Virus record (IMG/VR): IMGVR_UViG_3300043446_001534
Coordinates: 3,989-67,988 of that record
Strand: one strand, 5' to 3'
Source of the DNA: a virus
Length of the DNA stretch: 64,000 nucleotides
Both the position numbers and the translations under genes were made by a program. This document shows positions 57,598-64,000 of the stretch, one piece after another. Every line of letters starts with the position of its first letter. The stretch's first letter is position 1. Below the pieces are notes generated by a model. The model made no database searches. It had not been told where the DNA came from and saw nothing but the letters and a program-made list of their open reading frames with translations.

Positions 57598-57701
57598 TCA
57601 CAGAAAATGGTAAAATAGGTTTAGATACGCCAAACGGGTATCTATAAATCAGCTGGTCTTCGGACAGCGAAGACTAGCATAATCACGTCTAAGGAGTGAA
57701 T

Positions 57702-58202
57702 ATGAGTAAAAACCATGGCTGGGACTCTTTCCCGCCAGACAAGCACGACTACTGGAAAAAGCTACAAAAACCAGAGCAACCAAAGGTTCTAACAATTCAG
57801 GACCTATTCCCCCGCATTGAGCGTTGGGGTATTGGATGGAATCCAGTACTAGAAACGCTAAAGCAAATCTCCGAAATCAAGCCAAGCTACCCGCCTTATG
57901 ACATCATCCGCTCGGGTGATGACTATCAGATTGTCATCGCGGTAGCTGGTATCAAGAGGCATGAGCTTCAAATTACCCTTGATAATCGGAGCCTTATCGT
58001 CGCCGCAGGTACTGATACATCAGAAGACCCTGTAGGTGAGGTAATCCATCATGGAATCGCCCAGAGGGACTTTAAACTGACCTTCGCGCTCGCCGAGTAC
58101 GTTGAAGTTAAGTCAGCCAAGCTTGAGGATGGTCTCCTAACTATTAAGCTAAAGTTGGAGCTGCCAAAGCACCTGGAACCAAAATCCGTCAAAATCGACT
58201 AA
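57702..58202 (+). CDS. Small heat-shock protein Hsp20
   Basis: YPPYDI, IAVAG, H.GIA.RDF...F.LAE.VEV..A.LEDGLL.I.L motifs. Confidence 0.9.
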   Translation: MSKNHGWDSFPPDKHDYWKKLQKPEQPKVLTIQDLFPRIERWGIGWNPVLETLKQISEIKPSYPPYDIIRSGDDYQIVIAVAGIKRHELQITLDNRSLIVAAGTDTSEDPVGEVIHHGIAQRDFKLTFALAEYVEVKSAKLEDGLLTIKLKLELPKHLEPKSVKID

Positions 58203-58212
58203 GTTCCCTAAG

Positions 58213-58241
58213 GAAACCCCTCGCTAAGGCGGGGGGTTTTC
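58213..58241 (+). terminator. Intrinsic terminator
   Basis: AAACCCCTCGC-TAAG-GCGGGGGGTTTT. Confidence 0.75.
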
Positions 58242-58256
58242 TACTAGAATAGACAT

Positions 58257-58487
58257 ATGAACGAGTATGGCGTTATTCAGCTGGGAGGCTATCTGCTATC
58301 CCTACCTGGGGCGTTTCTGTATCTTTCTAGTATGTATTTAGCTATTCGTCTTGCTTGGTTAGTTTCTGGAGACGAGAATGTTAAGCACTTTAGATTAACT
58401 AAGTTCTCTGTCTTTGGAATGTTGTTCATCTCGTCAGTTGTGTTGCTTTGGATTCAGTTGGGAGTTTGGTTCTATGTCAAAGCGTGA
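58257..58487 (+). CDS. Two-TM membrane protein
   Basis: Hydrophobic; TAGAAT lies 5 nt upstream of the ATG (leaderless-like). Confidence 0.55.
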   Translation: MNEYGVIQLGGYLLSLPGAFLYLSSMYLAIRLAWLVSGDENVKHFRLTKFSVFGMLFISSVVLLWIQLGVWFYVKA

Positions 58488-58647
58488 TTTTTGGATTGCT
58501 GTTTTTATTTACTTCTTCTCTGCAAATATTGCATGGACGCTTGTAACTATCTCGCTGCCTTGGATAGTCTGGTTGATTGGTCAACCGTTTCTTGTCCTTC
58601 TTAGCATGATGATTGTAGCTATTACCGTAGGAGGTAGAAACAAATGA
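58474..58647 (+). CDS. Two-TM membrane protein
   Basis: MSKRDFWIAVFIYFF...; GGAG RBS. Confidence 0.55.
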   Translation: MSKRDFWIAVFIYFFSANIAWTLVTISLPWIVWLIGQPFLVLLSMMIVAITVGGRNK

Positions 58648-58991
58648 GAATACCTTCGATGCCAAATGAGATAAAGGTTGGCACTCAGATTTACCAAGTA
58701 ATCCTTCGTACTCCGAAGGAAGATGGAATGTTGAATGATGGTAACTTTGGCTATACTCTTGACTCTGGATTAGTCATTGTCATCGACGCCACTATTTCCC
58801 CTACTAAGCAAAGAGTGACCCTTCTACACGAACTAATGCATGCTATTCAAATGACGTTTGGTTCTCCAACTAAACCTAGCAAAGATGCTGACTTTGAAGA
58901 GTGGGAGCATTACTTCATTGGTACTTATGAAGAGTCAATGCTTATTGTTTTACAAGACAACCCCAGTCTTCTGAAGTATTTAAGCGCATGA
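58644..58991 (+). CDS. Zincin-like HExxH protein
   Basis: TLLHELMHAI...E; RBS GGAGG. Confidence 0.7.
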   Translation: MRIPSMPNEIKVGTQIYQVILRTPKEDGMLNDGNFGYTLDSGLVIVIDATISPTKQRVTLLHELMHAIQMTFGSPTKPSKDADFEEWEHYFIGTYEESMLIVLQDNPSLLKYLSA

Positions 58992-59698
58992 TTTTCCACG
59001 GCGATGCTGTGGAGTTTATGCGTCAACTGGAAGACAACTCTGTTCAGCTAATTTGGACTGACCCTCCGTTTGGAACCGATATGGTGCAACGGATTGAGTC
59101 ATCTGGTAAGAAGTACAGAGACCTTTCCGTCGACGCAGTTATTGAGTTAATGAAAGAAGTAGCAGATGAATCTCTTCGCGTTTTATCTCCTAGTGGCGTT
59201 CTTGCTGTTTGTCTCGACTATCGCTCGGTTCACCAGGTTTATTGTGCGATTCTCGAAGCGGGGTTTACGCCTCGTGGCGAAATTATTTGGACGTTCGGTT
59301 TAGGTCGCGGAGCAACTAAGTGGTGGGCTAATAAGCACAACACTATTCTGCTATTCAGTAAAAGTGAATCCCCTCTCTTCGACGCCAGTAAGGTTCCTAT
59401 GGTAGTTAGAAAGTGGCCGAAGAAAGGCTACGAAGGAGACAAGAAAGTTTCGTCTGTTTGGGACATCACGCTATCGAACACCCATCCAGAAAGAGTTGGG
59501 TATCCAAACCAGAAACCGCTGGAACTTATTGAACCGTTTATAGAGGTACACACGCTAGAAGGTGATTTAGTGGTAGACCCGTTTGGTGGTTCAGGCAGTA
59601 CTGCAGCCGCAGCTAAGAAACTTGGACGCAGGTATGCAACTGCTGATACAAACCCAGTGGCGATTGATACAATTAAGAAAAGACTTGCCGAGGACTAA
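58988..59698 (+). CDS. N4-C/N6-A DNA methyltransferase (beta class)
   Basis: TDPPF, YPNQKP and DPFGGSGST motifs. Confidence 0.88.
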   Translation: MIFHGDAVEFMRQLEDNSVQLIWTDPPFGTDMVQRIESSGKKYRDLSVDAVIELMKEVADESLRVLSPSGVLAVCLDYRSVHQVYCAILEAGFTPRGEIIWTFGLGRGATKWWANKHNTILLFSKSESPLFDASKVPMVVRKWPKKGYEGDKKVSSVWDITLSNTHPERVGYPNQKPLELIEPFIEVHTLEGDLVVDPFGGSGSTAAAAKKLGRRYATADTNPVAIDTIKKRLAED

Positions 59699-59699
59699 C

Positions 59700-59728
59700 T
59701 TGCCACAGGGCTGTTAGTGCAGTAAGCT
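59700..59728 (+). promoter_or_regulatory. Sigma70-type promoter
   Basis: TTGCCA-N17-TAAGCT. Confidence 0.5.
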
Positions 59729-59761
59729 GGTCTCAGTTCAATAGCAAGAAAGAAGGCTCCT

Positions 59762-60040
59762 ATGCGAGAAAGACATGTTCGTAAACTACAGAAAGAGCGT
59801 CACCTCGCTGAGATTGCCTTCACCCTGCTTCGTAACCCGACCTTCAAGAACTTAAGTCGCTCTGAGCGTTACAAGATGGCCAAGTTAATCTACAAAGCCG
59901 AGCTTTTGGAGATGGAACTAAAGAGCAAAGAAATTGGAAGAACGCTTGCTGCATTCCAGGACATCATCAATCAGGTGGAAAACCAGATGCTTGAAGGCCC
60001 TGATGATGAGGATGATGACCCTTTCTTTGGTAAAGCTTAG
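59762..60040 (+). CDS. Hypothetical protein with an acidic tail
   Basis: Own promoter and RBS; ends DDEDDDPFFGKA. Confidence 0.6.
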   Translation: MRERHVRKLQKERHLAEIAFTLLRNPTFKNLSRSERYKMAKLIYKAELLEMELKSKEIGRTLAAFQDIINQVENQMLEGPDDEDDDPFFGKA

Positions 60041-60083
60041 GCGTTTCTTTCAACAAACCCCTGCAAATCTGCTACACTGATAA

Positions 60084-60161
60084 GTGCAATGGTTGTTTGT
60101 TGACATTGTGTATTTCCTTTCTACTGGGGAAGCCCCTCGGAGTTTACTCCGGGGGGTTTTC
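60084..60161 (+). ncRNA. Putative anti-Shine-Dalgarno small RNA
   Basis: Extended -10 TGC-TACACT, a hairpin, unpaired TTTCCTTTCT and a terminator. Confidence 0.55.
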
Positions 60162-60169
60162 TTATAGAT

Positions 60170-60205
60170 GAAGAAAACCCCCGCCAGCGTGACGGGGGCT
60201 TCTTC
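60170..60205 (-). terminator. Terminator of the lysis operon
   Basis: Minus strand GCCCCCGTCA-CGC-TGGCGGGGGTTTTCTT. Confidence 0.7.
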
Positions 60206-60272
60206 CTAGGGGCTTATTTATTACGCGTTATGACTTGTTCAACGAGCGAACGCCTTTATGCCTTGTCTAGTC

Positions 60273-61400
60273 TTACTTGGCTTTGTGAGCCAAAATCCAC
60301 TTCAATGGGTCAATCAACTGGTTATAAGCAACAAGATGTCCGTTAGGCTTCTTGCTCATTCCCATGTGAAGGTGGGCCCCGGTACTTGCGGAACCGCTAG
60401 GGCTGGTCTTCTTACTTCCACCAACCTTACCAATAATCTGACCTAGCTTAACCTTGTCGCCCTTCTTAACTGTAGCTGTGCTAGCAGTCTTAGGTGACTT
60501 TGCATCAGCAGGTGCGATGTGGCAGTACTGAGTGTAAACACCATCAAGAGGGTTCTTAATTTCTACAACCCAACCTAGAACGTCAGTCCAGAAGACATTG
60601 GTAACAATTCCATCACAGACAGATGGGATTGGTGACTTGTCAGCTGGTGACCAGTCCTGACCACGGTGTGGGTGTGAACGGTATGGAGCCATATTTCCGA
60701 ACTCATCATTGCGAAGCTTAGGGTTAAATGGTTCCTTATACACTGGCTTTGGCTTTTCGGCTTTAGGTGCTGCAGGGGCCGCGGGAGCTGTAGGAGCTAC
60801 AGGAGCGACTTCTGCTTTAGCAACAACTGGCTTAACATCGTGAGTTGCAACAGGTGCAGTTGGAGCATCTGCTGGAGTAGCTTCGTGTGCAGAAGCTGCA
60901 ACCTTCTCTGCAGCAATGATTGCTTTGATGAATGGTAGTGGGTCAACAAAACCCTTACCATCTGCAGACCATGTGTAAGTCTTACCAGCACAAATCTCGA
61001 AGTGTAGGTGCTTTCCAGTTACGTCACCAGTTGCACCCATCTTGCCTAGAACTGTTCCAGCAGTAATCTTTTGTCCAGTCTTAACTTGAAGTGAGCCTTC
61101 TACCATGTGTGCGTATAGCGATACATATGGCTTTCCGTTAATAGTGTGAAGTACTTGAACGTAGTGACCGAAACCGCCTAGCGAGCCATCGGCTTTCTTA
61201 GTCTTACTTGGACCAGCAAAGATAACCTTGCCATCGTAGAAAGACTCGATGTAGATTACGTTTGCTGAACCCCATAGGTCTACGCCGTTATGGTGCTTAC
61301 GCTTAGTAGGGTCAGTAGGGTGCTGACGCCAACCAAATGGCGAAGTCACCTTGTAGTCTTTGTTTAGTACCCCGTCAATTGGGTATTGGGTCTTTGCCAT
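60273..61400 (-). CDS. Endolysin with two M23 peptidase domains
   Basis: HNGVD/YAHM/HLH, then an AP-rich linker, then HRGQD/YCHI/HLH. Confidence 0.85.
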   Translation of the reverse strand: MAKTQYPIDGVLNKDYKVTSPFGWRQHPTDPTKRKHHNGVDLWGSANVIYIESFYDGKVIFAGPSKTKKADGSLGGFGHYVQVLHTINGKPYVSLYAHMVEGSLQVKTGQKITAGTVLGKMGATGDVTGKHLHFEICAGKTYTWSADGKGFVDPLPFIKAIIAAEKVAASAHEATPADAPTAPVATHDVKPVVAKAEVAPVAPTAPAAPAAPKAEKPKPVYKEPFNPKLRNDEFGNMAPYRSHPHRGQDWSPADKSPIPSVCDGIVTNVFWTDVLGWVVEIKNPLDGVYTQYCHIAPADAKSPKTASTATVKKGDKVKLGQIIGKVGGSKKTSPSGSASTGAHLHMGMSKKPNGHLVAYNQLIDPLKWILAHKAK

Positions 61401-61403
61401 TTA

Positions 61404-62480
61404 TTATTTCTCCTCGGTAATTGGTCCGCCAACAACCCACGCAGAGCAGGTTCTTGAGGCGGCACATTTAAAGTCGAATGCTTCGCAGTAGCCAAGTTCG
61501 GCTGTGTCGATAGCATCCCACGCGTTTTGCTGACTTGAATCTCCGGCAGCAATGCCACCTTCGATACAGTCCAACATCTTTGGGGTGCGAATAAACATTA
61601 CGCAGTTTCCGCACACACTCTTTTTTGCTTCCGCAATTGTTACTCCCCAACGGTCAGCCTTTTCTTTCCAGAACGGAGTATTAGGTTCCTTAGGGTTTAG
61701 TGGCCCATAGCCAGCGGTTTCGATTGCTTTCTCTCGATTAGCAAGGTTGACACCAATGTCTTGGGTTGCTGGTGGACATGAGTCGTCATCTAGAGCAGCT
61801 ACTAGAGACGCAAGTATTGGGCTCATGGTTGAAGCCTCTGAATGCTTAGGGTGCATCTTAGGAAGAAGGTCGTTATCAGAAACGTACTTAGGGTTGTTTG
61901 GTTTACCGGATTTAACTAGCTTCAAGAACGCATTAACGCGAGCCATGGCCCATGAGTTTCGGTTTTGGTCTGGGCGGTGGCTGGTAGAAAATGCACCTGC
62001 TCCACGACGATAAACAGCCTTTAGTTTAGCAAGAGTTACTTTACGTCCGTTTGGAGCCTTCTCGTTGTGCTCGGCAACTTTCTTTTCTAGGGCACTAATG
62101 ATAGAGGCTGTGAACTCTACGCCTTTGCCTGAAGCAGCGGAGCCCTTTGAGTTCTTACTAGAACCTTTAATTTGGTCTTTCTTTGGAGCTGGTTTAGAAC
62201 CTGCAGTAGCAGTTACAGCCCCGTCTGGAAGAACAGCGAAGCGACACAGCCCGCCTTCTTCAGTCTCGTGAGAGATAATCTCGCAACCGTTTGGCGCTTC
62301 CCAGAATACGCAGTTGCCACACTTAACGCCAATAGCAGCGTTCTCTGCGTTCTTTTCGGCAGAGTCGTAGCCAGCCCAGACGCCAGTATTGTCCTCGTTG
62401 AACTTACCATGCTTCTTGACTATAACGCGTAGAGCGTTGGCTAAATCGCGCTCTTCGGGTACAAGATTTTCTTCAGACAT
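61404..62480 (-). CDS. Multidomain protein with two Cys-cluster (HiPIP-like) modules
   Basis: CGNCVF..C..C occurs twice, flanking LKAVYRRGAGAF..SHRP...WAMARVNAF. Confidence 0.55.
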   Translation of the reverse strand: MSEENLVPEERDLANALRVIVKKHGKFNEDNTGVWAGYDSAEKNAENAAIGVKCGNCVFWEAPNGCEIISHETEEGGLCRFAVLPDGAVTATAGSKPAPKKDQIKGSSKNSKGSAASGKGVEFTASIISALEKKVAEHNEKAPNGRKVTLAKLKAVYRRGAGAFSTSHRPDQNRNSWAMARVNAFLKLVKSGKPNNPKYVSDNDLLPKMHPKHSEASTMSPILASLVAALDDDSCPPATQDIGVNLANREKAIETAGYGPLNPKEPNTPFWKEKADRWGVTIAEAKKSVCGNCVMFIRTPKMLDCIEGGIAAGDSSQQNAWDAIDTAELGYCEAFDFKCAASRTCSAWVVGGPITEEK

Positions 62481-62503
62481 AGGTACATTTTACCGCTTGA
62501 CCA

Positions 62504-62704
62504 CTACTCTGATTTGAGCATGCGTAGAGCGTATTCGTGGCGGTATCTGCTGTTGAAGCCCCTTTGGTAGTTTAAACAGAAGTCCATGTCGTAGATACGA
62601 GGCTTTCCAATGATATATTGACGCCACGACTCCAGCGCAAGTTGGCGCACCATCTTGTTATCTAATGAGTAGTAGTGCTTTAGATAAGCTATGAATCGTC
62701 TCAC
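62504..62704 (-). CDS. Hypothetical protein
   Basis: Coupled ORF. Confidence 0.5.
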   Translation of the reverse strand: MRRFIAYLKHYYSLDNKMVRQLALESWRQYIIGKPRIYDMDFCLNYQRGFNSRYRHEYALRMLKSE

Positions 62705-62904
62705 TACTCTTCCTCGTCATCCTTGCCGCGGCGAATAGGGAATGTAAGAATCCAGATAAGCAGTGTAATGCCTATCAACTTTCCTACAATGTCTCGAGCT
62801 GAGCCTTCAAGAAGTACCCAACCGAGTGCAAGACCTAGCAGGGTCCACGCTTGGTCGAGTAAATCTTTAAACAAGTCGCCTAAAAACTTAACTATCTTTT
62901 TCAT
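62704..62904 (-). CDS. Small two-TM holin-like protein
   Basis: DQAWTLLG...W..LEGSAR...; upstream of the endolysin. Confidence 0.55.
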   Translation of the reverse strand: MKKIVKFLGDLFKDLLDQAWTLLGLALGWVLLEGSARDIVGKLIGITLLIWILTFPIRRGKDDEEE

Positions 62905-63196
62905 TCTTTTCCTTTTTGTTAGTTGGGATTACTTCGTCTGTGTCTTTAAGCTTTGTTGTTTGGCGGAAGGCTGCATTAATTTCTTCCTTTGTTAGTTTTC
63001 CGTCTTCTAAAAATGCTAGGGAAAGAAGCTCGACAACTTTAGCAACTGCCATAATTCCACCCATGATTGCACTAAACCAAATAGGGATATTGACACCACT
63101 AACTGAGCCAGCAACTGAGCCTGCACCAATAACACCTAGAGCAGATGCTACAAATGTAGCTATGACTCGTAGGATTACGTTTCCAAATAGTTTCAT
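62888..63196 (-). CDS. Holin-like two-TM protein
   Basis: VVELLSLAFLEDGKLTKEEINAAF. Confidence 0.55.
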   Translation of the reverse strand: MKLFGNVILRVIATFVASALGVIGAGSVAGSVSGVNIPIWFSAIMGGIMAVAKVVELLSLAFLEDGKLTKEEINAAFRQTTKLKDTDEVIPTNKKEKNEKDS

Positions 63197-63999
63197 TACT
63201 TCCTCCTAATTGTTCGAGATGATGAACCGCTTGAAGCAGTAGCGGTAGCTAGGGCTGCTGTCTGAGCAATCTGTCCGACAACAAGGGTGGTTACAACAAG
63301 AGTCTGTGCTTTCTTTCTCGCCTTAGGTGAGATGTCAGCTCCAACGTTGCCAATAATGTTTAAGGCTGCAACTACTGCTTCGGCTGCTTGCCCTATACCA
63401 GGAATCTCTGCAAGTGCTGGGTCAACTTGGATGTCGTCTTCTTGGGCTGCGAGGTAAAGTGCATCAAGAGCCTGTTGATATTCTGGTGAGCCTTCTGTGG
63501 CTGTTTCAAAGACAACGAGGGCTGCTTCTACAAGTTGCTGTGCTTGTTCTGAAGTAAGTTCGGTTGGGTCTACTGCTTTAAGGTCAACTTCCATCAAGTC
63601 TTCAATAACTGGTGGAATCTCTGCAGAACCTTCGGGTTCAGGGTCTGGTTCCTTAGTGAGAAGTTGCTCTACCTCTTGGAAAGAAATGTTGCTTACTTTC
63701 TGAACTGAGTTGTTAGTCTCTGTTAGTGAGACTTCGGCAGTTGCTACTTTTTCTTCAGAAACTGTCTTGTTGGTGGTTGCAGTTGTTAGTGCGAAGTCAG
63801 CAGCGTTGAGCGCGGCCGTTGCTGTTTGAAAGTTAGCTTCGGCAGTATCAGCTTCAACGGTTGCTTGCTGAAGTTCAGTAACCGCTTGGTCTTTGTTAGT
63901 TGTTGCTTGGATGAGTAATGCATCTGCATTACCTAAGGCTGTTTTCTTAGACGCAAGTACTGTTGATGCAGACTGCTCTTCGGAAGTTGCAGTTGAGAG
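63196..63999 (-). CDS. Large coiled-coil/membrane protein, C-terminal part (5' truncated by window edge)
   Basis: Frame open from 63999 (LSTATSEEQSASTVLASKK...); C-terminal N.GAD.SP..RKKAQ..VV...VVGQIA. Confidence 0.7.
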   Translation of the reverse strand, partial: LSTATSEEQSASTVLASKKTALGNADALLIQATTNKDQAVTELQQATVEADTAEANFQTATAALNAADFALTTATTNKTVSEEKVATAEVSLTETNNSVQKVSNISFQEVEQLLTKEPDPEPEGSAEIPPVIEDLMEVDLKAVDPTELTSEQAQQLVEAALVVFETATEGSPEYQQALDALYLAAQEDDIQVDPALAEIPGIGQAAEAVVAALNIIGNVGADISPKARKKAQTLVVTTLVVGQIAQTAALATATASSGSSSRTIRRK

Positions 64000-64000
64000 G

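Larger units (their letters stand above)
56448..59390 (+). repeat. Eight dispersed co-oriented 14-bp motifs CGTCGACGCMNNTA
   Basis: Copies start at 56448, 56677, 57147, 57222, 57998, 58781, 59128 and 59377. Confidence 0.75.

Noticed and set aside
56448-59390. CRISPR mini-array
   Set aside because: The repeats are only 14 bp, irregularly spaced (75-780 bp) and inside coding sequence. The Cas4-like gene belongs to the recombination module.
62375-62388. Possible extra copy of the 14-bp motif (CCCAGACGCCAGTA)
   Set aside because: Three adjacent mismatches and isolated from the cluster; compatible with chance.

Overview
A 64 kb segment of a tailed dsDNA phage with a siphovirus-type tail. The host is very probably an Actinomycete: it carries two WhiB genes, DUF3039, NrdH, an MSMEG_6728-like protein and a tmRNA with the tag AESRSAFALAA. 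Heavy CTA-Leu codon use and the gene set suggest a freshwater Microbacteriaceae-type host (inference). Layout: 1-20.7 kb (+) capsid and tail operon, including a -1 frameshifted tail chaperone and very large minor tail proteins; 20.8-34.3 kb (-) WhiB, repair, recombination and replication genes; 34.5-39.9 kb primase-helicase, glycosyltransferase, serine recombinase and dNMP kinase; 40.2-47.9 kb (-) a second, displaced fibre/adhesin cassette; 48-53.7 kb (+) a class II RNR/cobalamin module and small regulators; 53.7-55.1 kb an RNA island (tmRNA, tRNAs, unexplained structured RNAs); 55.2-60.2 kb (+) small genes, Hsp20 and a DNA methylase; 60.2-64 kb (-) lysis and membrane genes. Most notable: (i) eight co-oriented copies of a 14-bp motif CGTCGACGCMNNTA hidden inside six genes within 3 kb; (ii) a putative B12 capture-adenosylate-use operon (nrdJ, pduO, DUF4430-like binder, TM peptide, nrdH); (iii) several unexplained ncRNAs and a non-canonical UAG-anticodon tRNA; (iv) a T4 beta-glucosyltransferase-like gene plus apparent absence of GATC. 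All family assignments are by eye from motifs, with no database search.
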